NCBI GenBank assembly: GCA_947303185.1
Contig: CAMYXF010000002.1
Coordinates: 55,747-119,746, forward strand
Length of the DNA stretch: 64,000 nucleotides
Origin: an uncultured Clostridia bacterium
GTDB lineage: Bacteria > Bacillota > Clostridia > Saccharofermentanales > Saccharofermentanaceae
Direction: 5' to 3'
Positions 18,901-29,337 of this stretch are shown here, one piece after another. How positions within the stretch are numbered: position 1 is the stretch's first letter; each line of letters opens with the position of its first letter. The translations under genes and the position numbers were made by a program. The notes beneath the pieces are model-generated. The model searched no databases. It was not told the origin of the DNA and worked only from the letters and a program-made list of their open reading frames with translations.

Positions 18901-20097
18901 TTAGACCGGTTCAAAAAATGTATCCGGTCTATCCGGATTGAATATTTCATTACAAGTCATTACCGTAACTAGATCTTCCGAATCAGAAAGATTAATTATA
19001 TTATGTGCCCAACCAGGAATCATATGTACAGCCTCAATATTCTCTCCAGAGACTTCAAACTCAACCATTTCACCTGTATTGATATTTCTTTCCTGTATAA
19101 GTCCATGGCCTGAAACAACGATAAACAACTCCCATTTTGAGTTATGCCAATGTTGACCCTTAGTAATACCTGGCTTACTTATATTTATTGATACCTGACC
19201 ACAATCTTCAGTATGGACCAATTCCGTAAATGATCCTCTGTCATCAACATTCATCTTTAAAGCATATTTAAACTTATCTGTCGGAAGATAACTTAAATAT
19301 AGACTATAGAGTTTTTTAGCAAAAGAACCCTTAGGCATCTTAGGCATCATTAAAGTCACGGGCTGTTCCTTAAATTCATTAAGAAGATCAACAATCTCCC
19401 CTAAAGTAACTTTATGAGTTAACGGAACACAACAATATCTGCCATCTACTTTTAAAACAGTCTCAACACCATCAAATTCGCAATGCTGTTCTTTTCCTTC
19501 AAGAAGGTCAAACATACCTTCAACAAGGTCATCAATATATAATAGCTCCAGTTCAGTACTACGGTCATTAACTGTAAAAGGCTCATCATTAGCAACTGCC
19601 CAACAAAATGTAGAAACAGCAGAATTGTATTTAGGTCTGGAATGCCCCATCAGGTTTGGGAATCTATAAACAGCAACCTTTGCGCCAGTTTCCTTTTCAT
19701 AATCAAAGAAGAGTTCTTCACCGGCTTTTTTACTTCTGCCATATTCGGAATCACCAAATCGGCCGGAAAGTGTTGCCTGGATAGAAGAACTAAGCATTAT
19801 GGTCGCCTTATTGCCGTGCTTTTTTAAGCAGTTAAGTAAATCACTGGCAAATCCGAAGTTTCCCTTCATAAAATCTTCCGGATTCTGAGGACGATTAACA
19901 CCAGCTAAATTAAAGACAAAATCAGCTTTAGCACAATATTCATCTAATTCTTCAAGTGTTGAATCAATATCATATTCAAAAATCTCATCGATGGAAATAT
20001 AAGGTCTTGTCTGATTCTTGTTATCTCTGATATTCTTAAGGTTATTAACAAGAGCAGTACCTACCATGCCCTTACTTCCGGTAACAAGTATATTCAT
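18901..20097 (-). CDS. fnlB: UDP-L-FucNAc pathway epimerase/reductase with C-terminal cupin (FnlB/CapF/WbjC)
   Basis: 'NLAGVNRP', 'SSSIQA', 'YGRSK', 'DDRGSFTE', 'KPGITKGQHWHNSKWE'. Start moved to ATG 20097 (TGATG coupling with the upstream gene). Confidence 0.9.
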   Translation of the reverse strand: MNILVTGSKGMVGTALVNNLKNIRDNKNQTRPYISIDEIFEYDIDSTLEELDEYCAKADFVFNLAGVNRPQNPEDFMKGNFGFASDLLNCLKKHGNKATIMLSSSIQATLSGRFGDSEYGRSKKAGEELFFDYEKETGAKVAVYRFPNLMGHSRPKYNSAVSTFCWAVANDEPFTVNDRSTELELLYIDDLVEGMFDLLEGKEQHCEFDGVETVLKVDGRYCCVPLTHKVTLGEIVDLLNEFKEQPVTLMMPKMPKGSFAKKLYSLYLSYLPTDKFKYALKMNVDDRGSFTELVHTEDCGQVSINISKPGITKGQHWHNSKWELFIVVSGHGLIQERNINTGEMVEFEVSGENIEAVHMIPGWAHNIINLSDSEDLVTVMTCNEIFNPDRPDTFFEPV

Positions 20098-21272
20098 CAG
20101 ATATCTTTTCTCCAAACCATCTTATTAACTACACCAACATAAGACTGAATAATCTTTACAACCTTATCAGACACATTGATATCAGTATAATCAGGCACAG
20201 GAATAGCACCGCCATTCTTCTCATCTTTGACCATCTCAACTGCAGTATCTACGGCCTGAAGAAGGCCCTTAGTGTCAATACCTGAAAGGATAAAACAAGC
20301 TTTATCCAAAGCTTCCGGCCTCTCTGTAGATGTTCTAATACATACTGCAGGAATAGGATGACCAATTGAAGTAAAGAAACTGCTTTCTTCAGGAAGTGTA
20401 CCTGAATCAGATACAACAGCAAATGCATTCATCTGAAGGCAGTTATAATCATGGAATCCCAAAGGCTCATGCTGAATAACTCTAGGATCAAGTTTAAAAC
20501 CTGAACTCTCTAGTCTCTTTCTTGATCTTGGATGACATGAATATAGAATCGGCATATCATACTTCTCAGCCATCTTATTGATTGCATTAAACAGGCTGTT
20601 AAAGTTCTTTTCAGTATCAATATTCTCTTCTCTGTGAGCTGAAAGAAGAATATACTTCCCTTTCTCTAACCCAAGTCTCTGATGAACATCAGAAGCCTTA
20701 ATAGAATCAAGGTTTTCAGTAAGAACCTCAGCCATAGGAGAACCTGTTACATAAGTTCTTTCCTTTGGCAAACCGCAATCTGCAAGATATCGGCGAGCGT
20801 GCTCGGAATATGCAAGATTTACGTCAGAGATAATATCTACGATGCGACGGTTTGTCTCTTCAGGAAGACATTCATCCTTACATCTGTTACCTGCTTCCAT
20901 ATGGAAGATCGGTATATGAAGCCTCTTTGCTCCAATTACAGACAAACAGCTATTTGTATCTCCAAGAACCAAAACAGCGTCAGGCATAAGCTCTGCCATT
21001 GCTTTATAACTGGAGGCAATGATATTGCCCATTGTCTCGCCAAGATCATTACCTACAGCATCCAAATACAATTCAGGATCAGCAAGACAAAGATCTTTGA
21101 AGAATACACCATTAAGGTTGTAGTCATAATTCTGGCCTGTATGAACTAACAGGGTATCAAAATACTTTCTACACTTATTGATGACAGCTGCAAGCCTTAT
21201 GATTTCAGGACGAGTGCCAACAATTATCATCAGTTTAATCTTGCCATTATCTTTCCACTTAGGATACTCCAT
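20097..21272 (-). CDS. fnlC: UDP-2-acetamido-2,6-dideoxy-L-talose 2-epimerase (FnlC/CapG/WbjD)
   Basis: 'VGTRPEIIRL', 'HTGQNYD', 'GDTNS', 'HMEAGNRC', 'SDSGT', 'TERPE'; between fnlA and fnlB. Confidence 0.9.
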   Translation of the reverse strand: MEYPKWKDNGKIKLMIIVGTRPEIIRLAAVINKCRKYFDTLLVHTGQNYDYNLNGVFFKDLCLADPELYLDAVGNDLGETMGNIIASSYKAMAELMPDAVLVLGDTNSCLSVIGAKRLHIPIFHMEAGNRCKDECLPEETNRRIVDIISDVNLAYSEHARRYLADCGLPKERTYVTGSPMAEVLTENLDSIKASDVHQRLGLEKGKYILLSAHREENIDTEKNFNSLFNAINKMAEKYDMPILYSCHPRSRKRLESSGFKLDPRVIQHEPLGFHDYNCLQMNAFAVVSDSGTLPEESSFFTSIGHPIPAVCIRTSTERPEALDKACFILSGIDTKGLLQAVDTAVEMVKDEKNGGAIPVPDYTDINVSDKVVKIIQSYVGVVNKMVWRKDI

Positions 21273-21289
21273 AACAATTTACCTTTCGC

Positions 21290-22357
21290 TTATGCTTCTA
21301 CAAGATGAGGTCTGCCTTCAAGCTCTTCCTTAACATAATCAGTTGTCATGATTTTCTTAACAACACCATCAACATCAAGAAGATTAGTGTTATGACTTGT
21401 ATATGACTCATCGCCCTCAGTCTGAACTGTTCCCTCAACATAGAACTTATCGTAGTTAAGTCCACGAGCATCAGGACTGATTCTAAAATAATGACCCATA
21501 TCGGTGGAACGAAGTCTCTCTTCCCTGGTCATAAGTGTCTCATACAATTTCTCACCATGACGTGAACCGATAATCTTAACATCAGTCTCTCCAAAGAGTT
21601 TCATAACGCCTTTAGCTAAATCACCAATGGTGCTTGCATCAGCTTTTTGAATAAACAAATCACCGGGTTCAGCATTCTCAAAAGCAAAAGCAACAAGATC
21701 AACTGCCTCATCAAGATTCATAAGGAATCTTGTCATATTGGGATCTGTAATTGTGATCGGTGCTTTTCTCTTGATCTGATCAATAAACAACGGAATAACA
21801 GAACCTCTGCTGCACATTACATTACCGTAACGAGTACAACAAAGAACGGTTCCGGAACGCTCATAAGCAACTTGAGCTCTTGCTCCAACTACTTTTTCAG
21901 CTACGGCTTTAGTCATACCCATTGTATTAATTGGATAAGCAGCCTTATCAGTACTTAAGAAAACAACTCGTTCAACATTATTCTCAACAGCTGCAGTAAT
22001 TACATTATCTGTTCCATTAATATTCGTCCTTACAGCTTCCATTGGAAAGAACTCGCAGGAAGGAACTTCCTTAAGAGCAGCCGCATGGAAAACATAGTTT
22101 GCACCATACATTACATCTCGAACAGAATCGACATTACGTACATCACCAATAAAAAACCTTACCTTACCAGCATACTCAGAATATTGAGCTTGCAAAACAT
22201 GTCTCATCCAATCCTGTTTCTTTTCATCACGGCTGAATATACGAATTTCACCAATATCTGTAGTCAAAAAATGCTTCAATACGGTTGAACCAAAAGAACC
22301 AGTACCACCTGTAATAACTAAAGTCTTATCTTTAAACAAATCCACTACATTAGACAT
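21290..22357 (-). CDS. fnlA: UDP-GlcNAc 4,6-dehydratase/5-epimerase (FnlA/CapE/WbjB)
   Basis: 'TGGTGSFG', 'FSRDEKKQ', 'HAAALKEVPSCEFFP', 'STDKAAYPINTMG', 'RYGNVMCSRGSVIP', 'RHGEKLYE', 'YTSHNT'. Confidence 0.92.
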   Translation of the reverse strand: MSNVVDLFKDKTLVITGGTGSFGSTVLKHFLTTDIGEIRIFSRDEKKQDWMRHVLQAQYSEYAGKVRFFIGDVRNVDSVRDVMYGANYVFHAAALKEVPSCEFFPMEAVRTNINGTDNVITAAVENNVERVVFLSTDKAAYPINTMGMTKAVAEKVVGARAQVAYERSGTVLCCTRYGNVMCSRGSVIPLFIDQIKRKAPITITDPNMTRFLMNLDEAVDLVAFAFENAEPGDLFIQKADASTIGDLAKGVMKLFGETDVKIIGSRHGEKLYETLMTREERLRSTDMGHYFRISPDARGLNYDKFYVEGTVQTEGDESYTSHNTNLLDVDGVVKKIMTTDYVKEELEGRPHLVEA

Positions 22358-22423
22358 CTTTTATACCTGCCATTAATTTTATTTAATTCACAATGCTAAT
22401 TATATCATCAGAAAAAATAATAC

Positions 22424-23527
22424 TTATTTATAAAACTTAACTTTACATTTATCACAAATACGAGAAATCACTGGGTTTAACCAACGAAAAACTACAAAGT
22501 CCCTCAGGATTTCAATGATAATTGCAATAATAAAAACACTAACAACACAAAGCGGAATAAAAACAAAATACAAAACATTACCATAATAATTCCACGGTTT
22601 AAATAAATACAACCATAACATTTCTCTTATGGTTGGTGCTTCATGAAACAGATAAACACCAAATGTAAAACTCGCTATCCGATTTACAACTTTATTCTTA
22701 AACCTTATAGTGTTAAAGAATCCAAAAACACCAATACAAGCTACAGGATCAGCAATAAGATATCCTAACATTGAAAATGTTTTTCTAACTAAAACAGCTT
22801 TTGTTGTTTCTTGTAAACTAAAAGCAAATACACCATATTGACACAAACCATTAAGCAAAATACCAACTAAACCACAAATGACAAATATTTTTCGTTTACC
22901 CTTACTGTTTTTAACACTATAATTCCTAAAGAAATAACCTAAAGTATAGAAAAATACAGCTTTTTCAAGATCATGGAAATTAGAACCCAAATTACCAAGA
23001 GTATATCCGAACACAAGAAGTACACTAATCAGAAATATAATGCCAATTCTATTAAGTTTATTAAGAAACTTATTATATAAAGGGGCAATTATCAACAAAA
23101 GGACATATGCAGAAACAAACCACCAAACGCTTCCAGAAACCGGAATAAATAATACTCTAATCAAATTCATTAGCATTTGGCCATTTGACTCATACATATG
23201 TACACCAAAAGCTACTAAAACAAGATCAACAAATACATTAATAAAAGCATAAAAAACTGTTACTAAAAAAACTTTTTTTACAGAAGTAGTCTCTTTAGGA
23301 GCCGTAAAATATCCTGTTATCATAAAAAACAAGCCAACTCCAACAGTTCCTAAAACAGAAAATGATGAAGCTGACTTAAATAATATACTTCCGGTTTGCC
23401 ATAGTTCATATGCATCTGGCTGGCTAGCTTTAACAACACCAAACCATGTTGCATGAGAAAGAACTATCATTATCATAGCTACAATTCTTAATAATTCAAA
23501 ACTTGATTCTCGTTCTTCTGTTTTCAT
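22424..23527 (-). CDS. Acyltransferase family 3
   Basis: 'RESSFELLRIVAMIMIVLSH', 'FFMITGYF', 'WWFVSAY', 'TFGVYLFHE'. Confidence 0.85.
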   Translation of the reverse strand: MKTEERESSFELLRIVAMIMIVLSHATWFGVVKASQPDAYELWQTGSILFKSASSFSVLGTVGVGLFFMITGYFTAPKETTSVKKVFLVTVFYAFINVFVDLVLVAFGVHMYESNGQMLMNLIRVLFIPVSGSVWWFVSAYVLLLIIAPLYNKFLNKLNRIGIIFLISVLLVFGYTLGNLGSNFHDLEKAVFFYTLGYFFRNYSVKNSKGKRKIFVICGLVGILLNGLCQYGVFAFSLQETTKAVLVRKTFSMLGYLIADPVACIGVFGFFNTIRFKNKVVNRIASFTFGVYLFHEAPTIREMLWLYLFKPWNYYGNVLYFVFIPLCVVSVFIIAIIIEILRDFVVFRWLNPVISRICDKCKVKFYK

Positions 23528-23667
23528 AACAACTCACCTATATTTTAATTATCTTCACTCAAAATAATTAACATATCTTTCTTTATATGAAACCTTCCGT
23601 AATTTGTGATTCCTTGAGGGTAAACTCCTCATACTCATCTGTATTAATTATTTTCGCATATATTCCG

Positions 23668-23695
23668 AATTTACTACATAAAACATTTTTGTCAA
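23668..23695 (-). promoter_or_regulatory. Putative sigma-A promoter upstream of acyltransferase
   Basis: TTGACA-N16-TAAATT on the minus strand within the 277-bp gap. Confidence 0.4.
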
Positions 23696-23804
23696 ACACT
23701 TTTGATATTACACACAGAGGTAAGTAAATAATCCATATTTGAAAATTTAGCACCATCAATGCATATACCTCAAAATATAATTTATATAATATTTATATAA
23801 GCTA

Positions 23805-25265
23805 TTACTTCACTAACTGTTTAAGCAAATCTTTAATTTTCAGATTATAAAAAATACTATTTTTATTAAATCTCCAGACAAAAACGCAAAGGAGCATATA
23901 AGTAAAACCTCCAGCTACTATCATAGCTAATATCTTTATTATTACTGAAGTATTGAGACCATGTGCAATAACTCTTACTACAATAAGCATGATTAAAGAC
24001 AATAAGACATACCATATATTTTGTATAACAAATTTTAAAAAATTGATTTCATGAGCAGTCAGAATAATTTGAACAATTGCAACAACTGTTTCAGCAATAA
24101 GCGTTCCTAAAACAGCCCCTAAAGCTCCAAATGCACTAATTAAAAAGTAATTCGCGAACAAATTTACAACAGCACCAAATATTACCGCTAAAGTATACTT
24201 TTTATCTTCATGAGCTGGAACCAAATATTGTGTTCTAATTAATTCACTTATTGCCTTAACAAACAAAACCGGAACAAACCAATATACGAGATAAATGCAC
24301 GGCTCATATCCACTTCCAAAGAAAAAAGGAACAAACTCCTGTGAAATTGCAGCAATGCCCATTCCAACTGCACTGGCTAAAAACATGGTTAATTCCATGC
24401 TTTTACCTAATACAATAGAAACATTTTTTTTATCATTGTTCGACTTTCCCATCATATTTGCTATGCGTGGTAACATTACTGTCCCTAATGCTGCAATAGC
24501 AGCCATTGGTATATTAATTAATTTATCAGCAGAATAATAGAAACCACTATTTTGTTCTGTGCTTAAAACGTCTAACATAGTTTTATCCATAATATGAAAT
24601 ATACTCATAGCCAAAATAGGAATAAAAAGCACTATTATAGGCTTGATGTGTTGACGCATGATTGAAAATCTAGGTTTTTCAAAACCAATGTTTTTCCTGA
24701 GGAACGGCAACATAATAAGATTACTAATTACAGCATCTCCAGCCATAATCAGAGTATATAAATATAGATCACTAGGTTTTCTAATAAAAAAAACAATTAG
24801 TAAAACAGTGAGAATCTTTATTATTGAATTTCTTATGACAGTAATTTTAAATTGCTCAGTTCCAAAGAAAAACCAATTGACATTAGTCAAATTGCTTATC
24901 AACCACACTCCTTGAAAAATCGCAATTATAAACCTGGTTTTATCAACAAAAAATAAAGAAATACAATAGCCAATTACAGCCAATGTCGAAGCAATGAATT
25001 GGATTGCATAAATATTCCAAAAAAGCTGTTGCATCTGTTTCTTATCACCTTGAACAGCTGCTATACTTCTATTTCCATAATTCTCTATACCAAGCATAGC
25101 AAACAACATGAAATAATTAACAAATGCTAAAGAAGCAGAATAAACACCAAGTTTTTCAGATCCAAGAGAACGAGCTAAAATAGGAGTAGTTATAAGTGGA
25201 GTAATAACCGTCAACACTCTATAAGAAAGCTGAAATATCAAATTGGATCTGACATTGTTACCCAT
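23805..25265 (-). CDS. Wzx flippase (module B)
   Basis: 'PLITTPILARSLG...GVYS', 'FAMLGIENYGNR', 'WFFFGTEQF', 'DKTML', 'TVMLPR'. Confidence 0.9.
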   Translation of the reverse strand: MGNNVRSNLIFQLSYRVLTVITPLITTPILARSLGSEKLGVYSASLAFVNYFMLFAMLGIENYGNRSIAAVQGDKKQMQQLFWNIYAIQFIASTLAVIGYCISLFFVDKTRFIIAIFQGVWLISNLTNVNWFFFGTEQFKITVIRNSIIKILTVLLIVFFIRKPSDLYLYTLIMAGDAVISNLIMLPFLRKNIGFEKPRFSIMRQHIKPIIVLFIPILAMSIFHIMDKTMLDVLSTEQNSGFYYSADKLINIPMAAIAALGTVMLPRIANMMGKSNNDKKNVSIVLGKSMELTMFLASAVGMGIAAISQEFVPFFFGSGYEPCIYLVYWFVPVLFVKAISELIRTQYLVPAHEDKKYTLAVIFGAVVNLFANYFLISAFGALGAVLGTLIAETVVAIVQIILTAHEINFLKFVIQNIWYVLLSLIMLIVVRVIAHGLNTSVIIKILAMIVAGGFTYMLLCVFVWRFNKNSIFYNLKIKDLLKQLVK

Positions 25266-26865
25266 TACTATTCCTCATTATTTGTTCAAAAATCTCTATA
25301 TGTCTGTTAGTCATGTTTTCTAAAGTATATTTTTTTATACTTTTATAAGATTCAATAGCATCTAATTTTAATGCTTCATTAATAGAATTACCTAATGCTT
25401 TATGATCCTCAACCGGAACAATATAACCATTTTTACCCTGATTTATTAGTTCTAATCCAGCTACACATTTATCAGAAGATACAACAGGCAAACCATATGA
25501 AAGCGCTTCGTTCACAACCAAACCCCAAATATCTTCTCTAGTTGGCATTGCAAAAACATCCGCTGCTCTATAATATTGACGCAATTCATTTTTAGTTAAA
25601 AAATCAACAAAATGAACATTTTCATTTTTTAATTCATCATAAGTTGAATCTGGTTTACCACCGATAATATAAACATCTGCATCTAATTCAGAAGAGGACT
25701 TTAATAATATGTCAAAACCTTTTCTATAGATAAACTGTCCTACGGTAATAACAACGTGGCGATTATTAATACCTAAAGAAATTTTTGCGATATATCTAAT
25801 AGTTTTTCTAAGAAGCTCTACACTACTAATTTCATTATTGGAATTTCTATTACTTCTGATGATTCTATCTAACTCGCTCAAACTTTCACGTATAAGTTTT
25901 TGTTTATAATTTCCATCATTTACGAGATCTAAAATGCTTTGATTAATTGCATCTATGCTGATTAATGATTCACCATTAATTTTATATTCGTTATTACAAA
26001 TTGAAACAATCGGAAGTCCAAATATTTTTGCTTGAAATTCATATAAGGAATTGTTTGAATAAAGATTGATATATAAATCAGAAGAAGCGAGATATTTAGC
26101 TGTTTCAATATCACTTTCAACTTTAATAACATGAACATTTGAATAAGCTTCGAAAGGAAAATCAGTTACATCCAGATTACTACATAAAATATTAATACAT
26201 ATGTTGTGAGAATCACAATTAGTTATTAGATGTCTAAAATCATTATTTATATCAGATATTGAATTAATAATTGTAGTTAAAACAGTAGCTTCACTAATAG
26301 CCAAATTATCTTTTAATACTCTTTTATCATCATCAGAAATAACTAGTGCATCAATTAAGTCACTTTCTTTCTGAGAAGTAAAACAATAATCGTATACTTT
26401 ACTATCTTTAGCACCATAATGAGTAAAGTATTTCCTCGTTATGTTACCACTTCCAAAACAACCGGAAGCTCTACCAACAAAGTGTTTTTTGATTAATCGC
26501 TTAAAGAATTTATCTTGTTTAATTAACCCTCCATCAGCTTCTATATAATATGGAATTCTATGATTATATAAATATTCCATAGCGTACATTTGTGTAGGAG
26601 CTGAATATCCACCAAAAACAATTATATCGAAAGAATGTTTTATGATATTTTTTATATCCTTTTTTATGCCTAACTTATTAGTTTTTTTGTTCAAAAAAAC
26701 AGCTTTAAACCCTGAATAATCATTATTGAACCATTTATCAGATCTATGAGTTTGCTCTTCCGGAGTATTTAAAAAACAAACAGACAAATCACATTGTTTT
26801 CCAAGCAAATTGAAAAATTCGACTCGATATGGTGATGGATAATTTGTGATAAATAATACTTTCAT
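25258..26865 (-). CDS. GT4 glycosyltransferase with an inserted degenerate second C-terminal domain
   Basis: 'MKVLFITNYPSPYR', 'VGQFIYRKGFD', 'PTREDIWGLVVNEALSYGLPVV'. Start taken at ATG 26865 (track start 26898). Confidence 0.85.
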   Translation of the reverse strand: MKVLFITNYPSPYRVEFFNLLGKQCDLSVCFLNTPEEQTHRSDKWFNNDYSGFKAVFLNKKTNKLGIKKDIKNIIKHSFDIIVFGGYSAPTQMYAMEYLYNHRIPYYIEADGGLIKQDKFFKRLIKKHFVGRASGCFGSGNITRKYFTHYGAKDSKVYDYCFTSQKESDLIDALVISDDDKRVLKDNLAISEATVLTTIINSISDINNDFRHLITNCDSHNICINILCSNLDVTDFPFEAYSNVHVIKVESDIETAKYLASSDLYINLYSNNSLYEFQAKIFGLPIVSICNNEYKINGESLISIDAINQSILDLVNDGNYKQKLIRESLSELDRIIRSNRNSNNEISSVELLRKTIRYIAKISLGINNRHVVITVGQFIYRKGFDILLKSSSELDADVYIIGGKPDSTYDELKNENVHFVDFLTKNELRQYYRAADVFAMPTREDIWGLVVNEALSYGLPVVSSDKCVAGLELINQGKNGYIVPVEDHKALGNSINEALKLDAIESYKSIKKYTLENMTNRHIEIFEQIMRNSNG

Positions 26866-26872
26866 ACAATCG

Positions 26873-28090
26873 TTAATGAGTAAACATATATAATGCACAT
26901 AACATTATTATTGATCCAAAACATACAACAACAAATAAAACTCGTTTTATTCCCTTTATTTCTATTATATATTTGGAAAAAGCAGCAAAAGTAATCGGCA
27001 GCATGCTGTAGTAATGTCTAATGTTTGTCAAAGAAGCAGTAATTGTGGCTAAATAGACTCCCATGCAAAGCCAAAAAGTATATGCATCCTGCTTCTTTTT
27101 AGTAAACATATAAAGAAAACTACCAATTGAAATAGGAACCATAAGCGGAAAAAACAACTCCGTTATATCACTCCAACATGAAATTGAATCAGGTAAACCT
27201 ATTGGTTCTACTACGGATAATATATAACACAATGGCAATTTATATATATCAGAAACTTTAGTTATCATGATATGTCTAATAGGACCAGTAACAGTACGAG
27301 AACTTCTCTCAAAATAATAATTCATTTTATAAATGAGTGTTGAAGATGATTTATATACTATTAACCCAGCAATAGCTAATAATATTATTGAAATGATAAG
27401 ATTTCTAATATTAATCTTCGAAACATATTTCTTAAAAGCAACTAAAAAGGCTACAGCCAAAAACAAAGCGGATAGTCCACTTCTAGTTTTAAACATCGCT
27501 ATAGCTAATAAAACAATAATTAGCAAACGGAATTTTCCTATTTTCCCATTCTTTTGATAAAGCATTGCGCCATAAAGAATGAAAAAAGAGCAATACATTA
27601 AAAAAGAATCTTTATAAGCAAAGCATGAAAACATAACTGGATAAGGTAAAAAAGCAAGCAATCTTGAAGACAAAAGTGCAACTTTTTCACCATACAACAA
27701 ATTAGTAAACGAATAAAAATAAAAAACAGAAGCAGTAGCAAATATTATGTTTAATAATCTGACAGAAAAGGTTGTCCTTGTAAAATATGAAACAATACAC
27801 ACAATCCAATACCATAATGGTGTGCTTGTTGGTTCATTCATAATATAACCAGTACTATCACCAAGCTGTTCAAAAGATTTAGTGAAACAATCCACATCAA
27901 TAACAGAAGTTGCATTATTCAAATACGACTCAGCACCAGCTAGGTATCTACAATCATCAAGACCGATATTATCAGTGCCATAAAAACCAATTGACACGTT
28001 ATCAACAAACATAACAATGAAAATAAGCGCTAATAACCTAACGCAAAAAGCAAGAATACAAGTTTTTTCAATCTTTCCTATTTGTATCAT
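26873..28090 (-). CDS. Wzy-like polymerase / GT-C membrane protein (module B)
   Basis: Highly hydrophobic 405 aa with 'DDCRY' loop, 'YKDS', 'NIRH'; sits between two GTs and upstream of a flippase. Confidence 0.6.
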   Translation of the reverse strand: MIQIGKIEKTCILAFCVRLLALIFIVMFVDNVSIGFYGTDNIGLDDCRYLAGAESYLNNATSVIDVDCFTKSFEQLGDSTGYIMNEPTSTPLWYWIVCIVSYFTRTTFSVRLLNIIFATASVFYFYSFTNLLYGEKVALLSSRLLAFLPYPVMFSCFAYKDSFLMYCSFFILYGAMLYQKNGKIGKFRLLIIVLLAIAMFKTRSGLSALFLAVAFLVAFKKYVSKINIRNLIISIILLAIAGLIVYKSSSTLIYKMNYYFERSSRTVTGPIRHIMITKVSDIYKLPLCYILSVVEPIGLPDSISCWSDITELFFPLMVPISIGSFLYMFTKKKQDAYTFWLCMGVYLATITASLTNIRHYYSMLPITFAAFSKYIIEIKGIKRVLFVVVCFGSIIMLCALYMFTH

Positions 28091-28125
28091 TTAATATAAT
28101 AAATTTGTGAACAGATTAAGAATTA

Positions 28126-29310
28126 TCAACTCAGTTCACCATATGATTCTCTTATATATTCGTCTAACGCTCGTTGACAATCGAACTCTTCACGATTGAA
28201 TTCAGTTACGATATTACAATCTTTACTTTTCTTAACTGCATCAGCGACAGCAAGTAAGTCACCTTTTTTCACAACTATGCCTTTTCCTGCACTTTCGGCA
28301 CTACCACCGGTATCATATGTTAATACTGGTGTCCCACAAGCAAGTGATTCCAAATTCACAGTTGGATAATTCTCGCAATAAGACAGATTTACATATAAAT
28401 CCGCTGCAGAATAAATCTCAGCTAATTCCTTTACACTATTTGTTCTTTCAATTCCAATAACATTATTAGGAAGTTTGGATAACTGCCTTTTAGTTAAGCC
28501 AACTAAAACAACTTGGTATTCATCGCCAAGAATTGATGATAGATTAATATAATCCGACAAACCTTTCATCTCATCCCAGGCAGATGAAACACCTAACAAC
28601 ATAAATTTATTAACAATACCATGAGCTTGTTTGAAATCGCTTTCAGCAGGATAAAACTGCGAAGTGTTTATTCCATTATGAATAACTGTAACAGGATATT
28701 CAGCCAAAAATGATTTTTTAACCAATTTTGCCAGCCATTCAGATGGTGTAACAATTGAAAGATTTGGTATACCGGTCAAAATCGCCTTTTTCTTTGCCCA
28801 ATTGTATTTACTTCGATCAACATAACTAGTCGGATACTCTTTAATAATCGGACATTTACTACATCCGTTAATCCATTTATCGCAGTTAACAACATCGCAA
28901 TACACGCTATGTCCAGTAAATGACCAACAGTCATGAAGGGTCCAAATAATCTTTTTTCCACATGTTCTAAGATAATCAAATAGAACTTCTAAATTAATAT
29001 AATATCCATGGATATTGTGAAGATGGATTATATCAGGATCATATAATTTAACCCATTCAATAAAACGTTTCGTAGCAACCCGGCTTCCAAATCCGCTATT
29101 ATCGAACAGTCTCGCTTCAGCACAATGAAACAACCAGTCAAAATCAGTACCAATTCTTATGGCATATTTTTGATAATTAGCAGGCACGTTCTCCCTGCCA
29201 TAAGCAATTTTAACCTCATGGCCTTTCTTCTCTAATTCTGCAGCAAGATCCGTACAGATTCTACCTGTACTTCGAATACCACATACTACATTTATCATAA
29301 GAACTTTCAT
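28126..29310 (-). CDS. GT4 glycosyltransferase (WcaC-like)
   Basis: 'INVVCGIRSTGRI', 'HLHNIHGYY', 'WTLHDCWSFTGH', 'TPSEWL', 'ENYPTVNLESLACGTPV'. Confidence 0.9.
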   Translation of the reverse strand: MKVLMINVVCGIRSTGRICTDLAAELEKKGHEVKIAYGRENVPANYQKYAIRIGTDFDWLFHCAEARLFDNSGFGSRVATKRFIEWVKLYDPDIIHLHNIHGYYINLEVLFDYLRTCGKKIIWTLHDCWSFTGHSVYCDVVNCDKWINGCSKCPIIKEYPTSYVDRSKYNWAKKKAILTGIPNLSIVTPSEWLAKLVKKSFLAEYPVTVIHNGINTSQFYPAESDFKQAHGIVNKFMLLGVSSAWDEMKGLSDYINLSSILGDEYQVVLVGLTKRQLSKLPNNVIGIERTNSVKELAEIYSAADLYVNLSYCENYPTVNLESLACGTPVLTYDTGGSAESAGKGIVVKKGDLLAVADAVKKSKDCNIVTEFNREEFDCQRALDEYIRESYGELS

Positions 29311-29337
29311 AAAACTAATGCCCTAAAATGCAGAATA

